From: Nitrospirales bacterium
GTDB lineage: Bacteria > Nitrospirota > Nitrospiria > Nitrospirales > UBA8639
Assembly (NCBI GenBank): GCA_965223295.1
Contig: CBDCWC010000002.1
Span: 928,001 to 992,000, forward strand
Direction of reading: 5' to 3'
DNA length: 64,000 nucleotides
In this document: positions 27,466 through 36,337 of the stretch, one piece after another
Numbering within the stretch: the first letter of the stretch is position 1
Layout: each line of letters starts with the position of its first letter
Translations under genes and position numbers: made by a program
The notes under the pieces: model-generated
Database searches by the model: none
Told to the model about the DNA's origin: nothing
The model's input: the letters and a program-made list of their open reading frames with translations, nothing else

Positions 27466-28611
27466 ATGAAGCATGGAATGCTTATTCGACCCCCCAAAAT
27501 TTTCCTCCTCACGTTTTCAGTAGTCCTACTCATTCCCGCATTAAGTTCAGCCGTCGAATTCGTTATCGTTGGACCACGAGCAGTGGGAATGGGAGGAGCA
27601 GGCGTTGCAGTCACAACCAATTCCTTAGCAACCTATTGGAACCCCGCAGGTCTGGCGCTTACTGAAACCGTTGACATCCGCGTGCAACTTTCAGGGCAAG
27701 GTATCGATCGCTTAGGTATCCGGGATACTCTTGAAGATATCGATGATGTTGATGACGATGATACATCGGCAGGAAATCAAGCCCGCCTACAAGATCATTT
27801 AGATGATTTAAATGGAGCCTCATTGTCAGCCCTCATCGCGGCTGGATTATATGTCAAAGGCCATTGGGGAGAACATACCTTTGGCATGAATATTTCTGAT
27901 GTGGGAACAGGCGGTTCTTTTTCGTCGACTCCCTTAACAGCTGTGGTGGCAGGAAATGAATTGGATATTGTCGGAGATCTTCAGGTGAATTTTCTTGAAG
28001 CCCGGCAACTCGCCTTCTCTTACGCCTATGCCCTTTGGGAAAAGAAAATCGCGATAGGAGTGACCGGAAAAATTATCAAAGGCGTCGCCTATAGCCGAGA
28101 CATAGACGTCGATGACTCTGAAGATAGCTTTGACATTTCCGACGAACTCAAGGACGCCAAAAAATCTTATGAATTTGGAATAGATCTGGGAGCGATGATT
28201 CACCCCATCTCCTGGTTCAAAGCTGGCATTGTCGGTAAGGACTTAAACACACCCTCTTTTAAAACACCTGGAGGCGGAAAATTTAAACTACGCCCACAAG
28301 TTCGAGGCGGAGTCGCCTTTCTCCCTTTTTCCTCAACTACCATTACCTTTGATGCTGATTTGACAAAAAACAAAACACTGGTACCAGACATTAGAAGTCG
28401 GGTTCTCAGCCTTGGCGTTGAACATGGCCTGTTTGACATCATCTTTCTCAGACTGGGAGCTCTGAAGAATGTGGAAGATGCCAAAACCCGCGTCACTCCA
28501 ACCGCCGGATTAGGCCTTCACTTCGGCGCGTTCCAATTTGATATGGGCGGAGGCTATGACTTCGATTCTCGCGGAGCCTTAGGGTCCTTTTCTCTAGCCC
28601 TCACATTTTAG
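27466..28611 (+). CDS. Outer-membrane beta-barrel protein, TraF-like/FadL-like family
   Basis: Signal peptide, GPRAVGMGGAGVA..YWNPAGL motif, amphipathic strands and terminal Phe. Confidence 0.75.
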   Translation: MKHGMLIRPPKIFLLTFSVVLLIPALSSAVEFVIVGPRAVGMGGAGVAVTTNSLATYWNPAGLALTETVDIRVQLSGQGIDRLGIRDTLEDIDDVDDDDTSAGNQARLQDHLDDLNGASLSALIAAGLYVKGHWGEHTFGMNISDVGTGGSFSSTPLTAVVAGNELDIVGDLQVNFLEARQLAFSYAYALWEKKIAIGVTGKIIKGVAYSRDIDVDDSEDSFDISDELKDAKKSYEFGIDLGAMIHPISWFKAGIVGKDLNTPSFKTPGGGKFKLRPQVRGGVAFLPFSSTTITFDADLTKNKTLVPDIRSRVLSLGVEHGLFDIIFLRLGALKNVEDAKTRVTPTAGLGLHFGAFQFDMGGGYDFDSRGALGSFSLALTF

Positions 28612-30125
28612 GGACTCTGCCGAGGTGAATATCCCAAGACAGACTCCAAGCAATAATCATGGCTTTCTTGGACATAGGTGCGGAAGGGGTCGGCCATGAC
28701 GAAGACCGGGCTGCCTTGCAGTTGCAAGACTGACCAATTGATGACATAGGGAGGACGCCGCGGGTCTTGGTGTTTGACCGTCTGTTCTAAAAAATCAACC
28801 CAACCCTCTTTGACAATATGCTTGATCACTTCTGAACGCCCAAAGGCTCGCGTGTTTCGTGGGGGAGAATGTTTCGAGAGATCGACTAAGTCATCCGTTG
28901 TATAACGTGGGGCATCCCCTTCGTCAGCCATCCCATGATATAGACCAGCTTGCAGATCCACATTGTGATATTCTAAATCCAAACTTTTCAGCCAAGGATC
29001 GTCCCACTCTAATTTTTCGGCTTCCCGAAAATTTTCCAATAACCAAAGCTTGGAAGCCCAATCCACTCGACCGACCACGGCCTCATAGCCTGTTCGCAAA
29101 TCCTTGAGCACAGATTCCCAATGAGTGAGTACCCAATCTGTTTCATCATCTTGTCCAGAATAATATTTCGATGCGGCGGCCCAAAACTCTTCCTGAATAT
29201 CCAATGCCGAGAGATGTTTGCCGGTTGAAAGGGTGATCATCCATTCGCGTGCTTGATCACGAGAAATGGCGCGTAACGTTTGAACAGGGTCGTCAAAATC
29301 TAACCCATGAGGAGCGTGGCCCTCTTCGATGAGTTGCAGAACTAATCCTGTCGTGCCCATTTTTAGTAAAGTGGTTTCCTCGGCCATATTCGAATCGCCC
29401 ATGAGCAAGTGTAAGCGCCGGAACCGTTCAGGGTCGGCTAAAGGTTCATCTCGGGTATTCACAATAGCCCGATTGTGCTGAACCCATTCAAAAAAATCAT
29501 TGACGATGTAATCTGGACGCTGGGAAATTTGATAGATCACAGACTCTTCATGAAATGTTCGTGTCTGCCCCCCTCCCCGTCCTTCGATGTCGTCTAAGCC
29601 AATCCATCCTTCCATGGAGCGCGCCATCCCAATACGGCCAGCTCCCGTAAAAACCTGCCGCGTGACGAGAAACGGCATGAGTAGCCCCAGCCCTTTATAG
29701 GTAAAAGGAAAATCTCGTGAGACGAGATAATTTTCGTGGCACCCAAATGTGGCATCCGTCTCGTGATCAATATTATTTTTGATAATTGACACTTGGTCGG
29801 ATAGGCCCAGCTCTTCTAGGCAGTCCTGCAATAGTAAATCTCCTGCCCGGTCCACGGACAAAAGGTCCCACAGTGAGTGACATTCCGGAGATGCATATTC
29901 GAGATGCCCCATATCCACATACATCCGTCCTGCATTGAGAAGAAAACCTCCATTACCTGGAGGTTCATCGTGTCCGCGATAATGCCAGTCGATCACGCCG
30001 TGTTTTTTTTGACCAAACAAATGTTGAATAATACGACGAGCCACCCAAGATGGCGACATCTCAGGGTTCTCGGCCTTGATGAGTAGGCCATATTCAGTTT
30101 CTATTCCGAAGATGCGGTTTTTCAT
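28608..30125 (-). CDS. pafA: Pup/UBact-protein ligase (PafA family)
   Basis: FGIETEYG, FLLNAGRMYVDMGHLEYASPEC, FGCHENY, NTRDEP, RRLH..GDSN and LDLEYH motifs; no Dop loop. Confidence 0.88.
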   Translation of the reverse strand: MKNRIFGIETEYGLLIKAENPEMSPSWVARRIIQHLFGQKKHGVIDWHYRGHDEPPGNGGFLLNAGRMYVDMGHLEYASPECHSLWDLLSVDRAGDLLLQDCLEELGLSDQVSIIKNNIDHETDATFGCHENYLVSRDFPFTYKGLGLLMPFLVTRQVFTGAGRIGMARSMEGWIGLDDIEGRGGGQTRTFHEESVIYQISQRPDYIVNDFFEWVQHNRAIVNTRDEPLADPERFRRLHLLMGDSNMAEETTLLKMGTTGLVLQLIEEGHAPHGLDFDDPVQTLRAISRDQAREWMITLSTGKHLSALDIQEEFWAAASKYYSGQDDETDWVLTHWESVLKDLRTGYEAVVGRVDWASKLWLLENFREAEKLEWDDPWLKSLDLEYHNVDLQAGLYHGMADEGDAPRYTTDDLVDLSKHSPPRNTRAFGRSEVIKHIVKEGWVDFLEQTVKHQDPRRPPYVINWSVLQLQGSPVFVMADPFRTYVQESHDYCLESVLGYSPRQSP

Positions 30126-30144
30126 GGAGATAAAAAGCTCTAGA

Positions 30145-30335
30145 AAGACTGTCGAACAATAATGATATCAACGGCCACATTTCGTGTCTGAGAGGTAACA
30201 TGTCAGAGACCTCGGGTCTGTTCAAAAAAGTCCGTCCAGCAAGGCCGCAGCCATGTTTGCGCGCGAAGCGTACTGGTCCTACGTAAGCACGGGAAAATGG
30301 CGAGAACGACGCTGGCGGATTTTTTCAACAGCCCC
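30145..30335 (+). mobile_element. MITE-like repeat, copy 3, between prcA and pafA
   Basis: AAGACTGTCGAA..TTCAACAGCCC(C) flanked by (C)TAGA on both sides; first ~90 bp nearly identical to copy 2. Confidence 0.85.
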
Positions 30336-30369
30336 TAGATGAACTTTGCAATGATTCCGTGAGTCTTGA

Positions 30370-30400
30370 CCCTCACCCCAACGCTCTCCCTGACAGGGAG
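30370..30400 (+). repeat. REP-like palindrome (CCCTCACCCC..CTCTCCC..GGGAG type)
   Basis: CCCTCACCCCAACGCTCTCCCTGACAGGGAG resembles a widespread extragenic palindrome type. Confidence 0.5.
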
Positions 30401-30424
30401 TTTAAGAAATATTTGAGCTAAAGC

Positions 30425-31249
30425 TCATGATTTTTTAGCAGATTCGAAATATTGTGGGACCAAATTTTGGAGCTCAGATTGAGGCAGCGTACGATACGTT
30501 TCCATTTTTCCGCTCTGCCGGTCTAAGAGAACGCATTCCAGAGTTTCTTTGGACAATGTTTCTCTAATTTTAGAGGTCATGGCTTCGCCTTCTGGAATCG
30601 GTAAGGTAGAAGAGGTTGATGAAGGGACAGAAGCCTCTTCGTCTGTCTCGGTAGGAGTTGCACGTTGGAGCAAACTAGCCATTCCCCAGAGACGAAGACT
30701 AACCTTCAATGCACTCTCTAAATCAGTGGGTGACTCCTGAGATTTCCATTCCCTTGCTAAACTCTCACGAATAGAAGAAGAGGCTGACAGCAACGCGAAC
30801 TCCTGTTGTTCTTCATACATACCATCATAGTTAATACTGAAGAGACGATCACGTTCCTTGATAGTCCCAACTTCGGCTAATAACACTTTGGTAATGTACG
30901 GAGCTTTAAAAATCTCCTCAAAGGCTTGTTTAATCACGGGCGCTAATCCATTTTTCATCAAGCGAGAAGCCGTCACGTCCGATGGTGACCGCTGAAAACC
31001 TTCAACATGGGCCATATCTAATAAGGTATACCGTAATTTTTCCAGATCGGCTGGATGACCCATTCCCCCCAACGCAATTCGATCATAGATCTCATAAATC
31101 TTTTCCGTTCCTCGGTTCACAGTTACCAGAAGAATGCCTTGCGAAAACGAGACCGCAACTAAGGGATTCCCTTGGCTAAATTGATCGTCTAAATACGTCC
31201 GCCGATTGGCGACCGCTTCTATCCAGCGATAGGGTTCTTCATACATCAC
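30425..31249 (-). CDS. prcA: 20S proteasome alpha subunit
   Basis: KIYEIYDRIALGGMG, SDVTA and FKAPY motifs; downstream of prcB. Confidence 0.9.
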   Translation of the reverse strand: MMYEEPYRWIEAVANRRTYLDDQFSQGNPLVAVSFSQGILLVTVNRGTEKIYEIYDRIALGGMGHPADLEKLRYTLLDMAHVEGFQRSPSDVTASRLMKNGLAPVIKQAFEEIFKAPYITKVLLAEVGTIKERDRLFSINYDGMYEEQQEFALLSASSSIRESLAREWKSQESPTDLESALKVSLRLWGMASLLQRATPTETDEEASVPSSTSSTLPIPEGEAMTSKIRETLSKETLECVLLDRQSGKMETYRTLPQSELQNLVPQYFESAKKS

Positions 31250-32030
31250 GCAATACTTTCTCTGAAAACAGCGTTTTTAGGCGTTCGGCGGGAATGGTTT
31301 TGACGCCTTCAGCGGAAATGCGTTTCACGATGGGATACAATTGGCCCTGGGCATCAACGCCACCGGTGGCAGAGTCAAACTCTGCCGCGCTAGTCATGAG
31401 ACGAAGCACGAAGGTTAACGCATTTTCTTCATTGAGACCGGCAATGGGTTCCGTTCCCCATCGATTCATATAATATAAAATACCTCGAATCGTGGACGAT
31501 CCCGATCCAGAAACCGCGTATTCTACCGCCTCGAATTCAGCACCTAAGATATCGTAGAAAAAGATCTTCCCGCATTCTTCAAGCTGGTCATATCCCGCAA
31601 ACACAGGGGCCACCGTTCCGGTTCCGGACAACGCAGCCGGTGCATTGTTCTTTAACAACGTCGATAACGCCCGTAGCTTGCCCTCAAAACTGAGGTCCTG
31701 CAATTGACTCCTGCGATAATATTTAAAAGAATGTTCTAGGACACGAGCCATTTCAAAGGCTGTCGCTGGAACTCCTGCAATGGCCATAATCGAGAACCGA
31801 TCAATTTCTAATACCTTATCGGTCCGATCATACATCACAACATTGCCAGCAGTGGCTCTCCGGTCACCTGCCACTAAGACTCCATCTGCATACTTCATCG
31901 CTAAAACGGTCGTCCCCGTTGTGACCTCAGCATGACACAACACTCCATTCCTATTCGAAGAAGGAAAAAGATTGTTCATCGCATAGCCGTACGCTTGAAG
32001 TACGTGCAGAAAATCGCCTTGCGACCTCAT
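31239..32030 (-). CDS. prcB: 20S proteasome beta subunit
   Basis: Propeptide followed by G/TTVLA (catalytic Thr), AGDRRATAG, SGSGS and DSATGG. Confidence 0.93.
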   Translation of the reverse strand: MRSQGDFLHVLQAYGYAMNNLFPSSNRNGVLCHAEVTTGTTVLAMKYADGVLVAGDRRATAGNVVMYDRTDKVLEIDRFSIMAIAGVPATAFEMARVLEHSFKYYRRSQLQDLSFEGKLRALSTLLKNNAPAALSGTGTVAPVFAGYDQLEECGKIFFYDILGAEFEAVEYAVSGSGSSTIRGILYYMNRWGTEPIAGLNEENALTFVLRLMTSAAEFDSATGGVDAQGQLYPIVKRISAEGVKTIPAERLKTLFSEKVLRDV

Positions 32031-32035
32031 GCCGT

Positions 32036-32251
32036 TTATTCCCCGGTCCGTTGCCGATACTTTTCAGCTTGCTTGGGATCCACCTTCCGCATGCGCTTCA
32101 TGAGATTTTCCCGTGAAGGCGAATCTGTTTCTGGTCGTTGAGGACCTGAACCCTGGTCACCAGGTCCCAGCGGTTTGGAGAGTGGATCGACCGGACGTTC
32201 TTTACGATCAAACTCTCCAACTTTTTGAACATATTCATATGTGAGATTCAT
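32036..32251 (-). CDS. ubact: Ubiquitin-like modifier UBact (Pup analogue)
   Basis: 71 aa disordered protein between dop and prcB, ending MRKVDPKQAEKYRQRTGE (R[T/S]G[E/Q] signature); GAGGGAGG RBS. Confidence 0.88.
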   Translation of the reverse strand: MNLTYEYVQKVGEFDRKERPVDPLSKPLGPGDQGSGPQRPETDSPSRENLMKRMRKVDPKQAEKYRQRTGE

Positions 32252-32271
32252 ACATATTCCTCCCTCATACA

Positions 32272-33822
32272 CTATTTGATGACTGCTAGCCTCTCAATCG
32301 CTTCACTAGGGCTATTCGCATCTTCAATCACAGATCGACAGTGAGCGACCGAGATAGGATCAAGAGAATCGAGCCAATCAAAATGGAGATTCCCGTTAAA
32401 ATGAATGCCTTCCCATTGTATCGACGTAACATCTTTGCCAAATTTTTGTACACAGAGGCCTCGAAGACCACCACGAGTGTCTTGCGGCCCCTGTGTCATG
32501 GCCTCTTGAATCTCACCGTCGCACACGATCTGAGTGGTCCGTCCCTCGGCTTCTAACCCACGGAACAGGCCACGTTCCGGATCCACATTATGATACTCTA
32601 AGTCCAAACTTGCCAGCCAAGAATCGTCCCATCCAATCCCTTCCTCTTTCATAAATGTTTCGAGTAACCATCGCTTTGTCACCCAATCAATTTTCCCTAT
32701 TAATTTATGGGGATCATCTTCCAGTTGCTGAAGAACCTGTTCCCATTGCTGAAGAATCCATTCCGTTTCTTCATCAATCGATGGTAAGACCTGCCGTGCT
32801 TGCTGAAGATATTCTTGCTGAATCTCTAATCCCGACATTGCGCCACCGTGATCCCGCTTCACCACCGTCTTCAAATCGGGATCTTGAGACAATATTTGAA
32901 TCGCTTCTACGGGAGAGGCCAAATTCCATGAAGGGACAAAACCTTCTGCAATCATATCCAACACCACGCGCGTGGTGCCAATTTTAAGGGCGGTCGCATA
33001 TTCACACATATTCGCGTCGCCCAGAATGAGGTGCAAGCGCCGATACTGAGCACGATTCGCGTGCGGCTCGTCACGCGTATTGAGGATTGGACGATTATGC
33101 ATCGTGTCCACACTGAGTTCCGTTTCCGTAAAATCGGCTCGTTGCGAAATCTGAAAGTTACCAGGCGTAAACCCAGCTTCTTGCGCTTCGCGGCCAACCT
33201 TGCCCGCCCCAGCGATTAATTGTCGACTCACCAGAAACGGGAGCAGACCACGAACCAACTTCTCAAACTCAATCGTGCGAGACACTAAATAATTGTCGTG
33301 ACACCCGTAACTATGTCCATGAAAATCCGTATTATTTTTGTACAACTGAATCACTCGTCCACCTAACACTTCGTTCCGACGTTGGGCGGCTAGCCATAGA
33401 ATGCGTTCTCCGGCACGGTCATGAGCAACAATATCTTTGATAGTTCGACATTCAGGCGTAGAGTATTCCGGATGAGTGTGATCGTTATAAAAGCGCGCTC
33501 CATTGGGCAAGACCAAATCACTTTTCATTTCATGAAATGAAAAAGGACGGTGCGCATCTTGTTCAGCAAAAAGATCTTCTTCTTTATCTTGCGCCAACTG
33601 GGCAACACGAAACCCGCGTTGGTCTTCATGCGGATGTTCGCCTTGATAATCCCACCGGCGGATAAAATGTCCGTCCAAATAAGCTCGAACCAATTCCATG
33701 GATTCCACAACAGGATCAGCGGTCTCAGAATCTTCCCGGGCAATCCCGTACTCCGTTTCAATACCAAATAAACGCGGGGGGGATACAAGAGATTTAGACA
33801 ATTTGAGAAGCCCGATGTTCAT
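32272..33822 (-). CDS. dop: Dop-family depupylase/deamidase (start uncertain)
   Basis: FGIETEYG, Dop-loop WDY..E.P..D.RGF, NGARFYNDHTHPEYSTPEC and YKNNTD motifs. Confidence 0.88.
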   Translation of the reverse strand: MNIGLLKLSKSLVSPPRLFGIETEYGIAREDSETADPVVESMELVRAYLDGHFIRRWDYQGEHPHEDQRGFRVAQLAQDKEEDLFAEQDAHRPFSFHEMKSDLVLPNGARFYNDHTHPEYSTPECRTIKDIVAHDRAGERILWLAAQRRNEVLGGRVIQLYKNNTDFHGHSYGCHDNYLVSRTIEFEKLVRGLLPFLVSRQLIAGAGKVGREAQEAGFTPGNFQISQRADFTETELSVDTMHNRPILNTRDEPHANRAQYRRLHLILGDANMCEYATALKIGTTRVVLDMIAEGFVPSWNLASPVEAIQILSQDPDLKTVVKRDHGGAMSGLEIQQEYLQQARQVLPSIDEETEWILQQWEQVLQQLEDDPHKLIGKIDWVTKRWLLETFMKEEGIGWDDSWLASLDLEYHNVDPERGLFRGLEAEGRTTQIVCDGEIQEAMTQGPQDTRGGLRGLCVQKFGKDVTSIQWEGIHFNGNLHFDWLDSLDPISVAHCRSVIEDANSPSEAIERLAVIK

Positions 33823-35569
33823 CCATGTCTTCTCCAGGTTTCAAGGAAGAGACGCCTACGACCTGGTCCGGATGGTAATCCAAAAGCTTCAGCCATTCTT
33901 CTGCGGAATCATCGGGGGGGAAAATTTCGCTCTCTTTGAATTCCTGATTTGTGGCGATGAGCAAATCTTCTAAGGTCAAACCTAAGGAATGTTGAGCATC
34001 GGCTTGAATAGCCCGCTCAATCGCGCGTTCTTTGGCTCGCCGAACGATTCCCGCCAAAACCGCTCCGCTCAATAAATCACGTCGATACAAGATTTCGCGA
34101 CGGCCGTTCCGCAACCGTATGGCCAGCACTCTATTCTCCTGACTTTGCTCAAACAATTTCTCTAATAATCCATCGATAATTGTTGCCACTGCAGCCTTAG
34201 CATCTGTGCCATCTTTTCCTGAATCCCGAGAAGCATAAGGGAGGTCAGACTTTAAATATACTCGTAAAACTTCTGCAACATCATGCCGTCCAGGCCTGCC
34301 GACTTTGACTTTTCGATCAATACGTCCTGGCCGCAAGACCGCAGGATCAATCATATCCGGCCGGTTCGACGCCAAAATCACCACAACCTCGGAAAGACTG
34401 TCAATGCCATCCAGCTCCGCACAAAACATGGGCACCAAGGTATTGGAGATATTGTAGGATCGCATCGTCCGTCTTGTTCCTAAAATCGACTCAGCTTCAT
34501 CAATGAAAATAAATGGCAGCTTTCCAGACTGCCGCTGCTGCCGGGCTTGCAGGAATAACTCTCGGATGATGCGTTCGGATTCCCCAACCCACATATTCAG
34601 CACTTCCGGACCTTTGACATGCAGAAACACTCCTCCGGTTATTGCCGGGAGTGTCCCAGAACCTTGAGCTGCATCCTCAGGGTTCAAGGGAACGACCTCT
34701 CGATCTTTCGCAAAGAGTTCCCCTAAGCTTGCCGCAGTAGCTTGTCCAATTAACGTTTTTCCACAACCTGGAGGCCCATACAACAAAAAACCTTTGGGTT
34801 GTTGAAATTGATATTGTGCAAACAAGTCGGCATGAAGCAGTGGATATTCAATCGACCGGCGAATTGACTCAATAGCTTCTTGCTGGCCGCCGATATGTTC
34901 CCACCGAACAGTCGGTAACTCGGCTAAGACATGCGATTGAGACTGCGTGTTTTCGAGTCGTTCAACGGCGATCTGGTGTGTCGGATCTAATCGGACCTCA
35001 TCGCCAGCCTTGATATCCAGGAGTGCCAGATTATCGGCTCGTTGAATAAGAACGCCCTGCCTCCCTGCTTCCTGGTCGATACGTAAGCGGCCTTCCCCCA
35101 AGACTTCTCGAACTTTCACGACGGGCCCACTCCGGTCATACCCAAGAGACCGGATCACAACATAGGCTTCATTGACTAAAATTTGATGCCCAACTTTTGG
35201 CAGATTTCCTTCCAGTTGAAGATCCACATTGGCGTAATACTCTGCACCTCCAACCACAATTCTCGCTACACCCTTCTCAGGAAGCCCAATCAAAGTCCCA
35301 ATCCGATTGGCTGGAGCAGTCAACTTTTCAATGACTGCCTGCATTTTCGTTCGTTCAGTTTCATGCTGTTTCGTGGCAGTTGTGAGTTCAATGAATCGTT
35401 GCCGCAATTGATACAACAGAGCAATTCGTTCATCTCCTTCAGGCAACGAGGCCAAGCATTGATCAATGAGTTCCAGTGCAGAAACGTTCGATGATCGTGT
35501 GGGATGCGCTTGAGAAGCTTGCGATTGATTCGAAGCTCGCGGAGAAACCGGTGATTGATGGTCGCTCAT
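33794..35569 (-). CDS. arc: Proteasome-associated AAA+ ATPase (ARC/Mpa)
   Basis: Coiled coil ending in PAN, OB domains, GPPGCGKT, KGPEVLNMWVGESER, FIDE and DPAVLRPGR motifs. Confidence 0.92.
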   Translation of the reverse strand: MSDHQSPVSPRASNQSQASQAHPTRSSNVSALELIDQCLASLPEGDERIALLYQLRQRFIELTTATKQHETERTKMQAVIEKLTAPANRIGTLIGLPEKGVARIVVGGAEYYANVDLQLEGNLPKVGHQILVNEAYVVIRSLGYDRSGPVVKVREVLGEGRLRIDQEAGRQGVLIQRADNLALLDIKAGDEVRLDPTHQIAVERLENTQSQSHVLAELPTVRWEHIGGQQEAIESIRRSIEYPLLHADLFAQYQFQQPKGFLLYGPPGCGKTLIGQATAASLGELFAKDREVVPLNPEDAAQGSGTLPAITGGVFLHVKGPEVLNMWVGESERIIRELFLQARQQRQSGKLPFIFIDEAESILGTRRTMRSYNISNTLVPMFCAELDGIDSLSEVVVILASNRPDMIDPAVLRPGRIDRKVKVGRPGRHDVAEVLRVYLKSDLPYASRDSGKDGTDAKAAVATIIDGLLEKLFEQSQENRVLAIRLRNGRREILYRRDLLSGAVLAGIVRRAKERAIERAIQADAQHSLGLTLEDLLIATNQEFKESEIFPPDDSAEEWLKLLDYHPDQVVGVSSLKPGEDMDEHRASQIV

Positions 35570-35696
35570 AACTCTCTATTCTATTCTGTGCAAACCTGTC
35601 ATAAATACATAGCTCAAAGACCCAAACGCCTCATTCGGCGAAATTTAAATATGCGAACTTCATTCTACAATGTTTGAGCCTCGTTACCCAAGTTAT

Positions 35697-35734
35697 AAAA
35701 AAAAGCGGGGAATCTGTTGCCAGATTCCCCGCTT
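35697..35734 (-). terminator. Intrinsic terminator of the RRM gene
   Basis: 14-bp stem AAGCGGGGAATCTG / CAGATTCCCCGCTT with a T-run on the minus strand. Confidence 0.85.
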
Positions 35735-35762
35735 AACCGCTCGGCATGTCTAGAGTAGTCTA

Positions 35763-36086
35763 TTACCAGCGATCTCCACCTCCACGACCACCTCGGCCAC
35801 CGCCGCCACGATTTCCATCGTAGCCTCCAGTACGTGGAGCTTGAGGCTTGGCCTCATTCACCGTCAGGGAACGTCCTCCTAGTTCGGTCCCATTCAGCGC
35901 ATCGATCGCTGCTTTTGCTTCAGCTTCCGATCCCATTTCCACAAAACCAAACCCTCGTGATTGCCCTGTATACTTGTCGGTAATCACTTTGGCTGATTGA
36001 ACACTCCCATGTTGAGCAAACAGGTCAGACAATTCCTGTTCTGCTGTGGCATAGGGCAAACCACCTACATAAATCTTTGAACCCAT
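35763..36086 (-). CDS. RRM-domain RNA-binding protein with Gly/Arg-rich tail
   Basis: IYVGGL (RNP2), RGFGFVEM (RNP1) and RGG tail. Confidence 0.95.
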   Translation of the reverse strand: MGSKIYVGGLPYATAEQELSDLFAQHGSVQSAKVITDKYTGQSRGFGFVEMGSEAEAKAAIDALNGTELGGRSLTVNEAKPQAPRTGGYDGNRGGGGRGGRGGGDRW

Positions 36087-36299
36087 CGGGGTCCCTCCTT
36101 CTAAATGCGATATTGTTTTGCACAGGTTGAGGAGAGAAGGGAAGGAACGGCCCGAGAACGCGGAACAGGAGGCGACTAAGGACTAACTTCCAATCAAATT
36201 CCTTTTGGATACAGAAGCAAAACAACATCAGTGAAAGGCCGCTTCACCTGAACCATTCATCACGCGGCCCAGACTTCGTGATGAACTTCTTTCTGTAAC

Positions 36300-36328
36300 A
36301 GCATAATCCAGAATGCGAAATAATGCAA
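36300..36328 (-). promoter_or_regulatory. Sigma-70 promoter of the RRM gene
   Basis: Minus strand TTGCAT-17 bp-TATGCT, implying a leader of about 205 nt. Confidence 0.55.
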
Positions 36329-36337
36329 CACAAAGGG

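Noticed and set aside
27466-28611. Conjugative element suggested by the TraF-like gene
   Set aside because: No relaxase, T4SS, integrase or att sites; the flanks are housekeeping genes.
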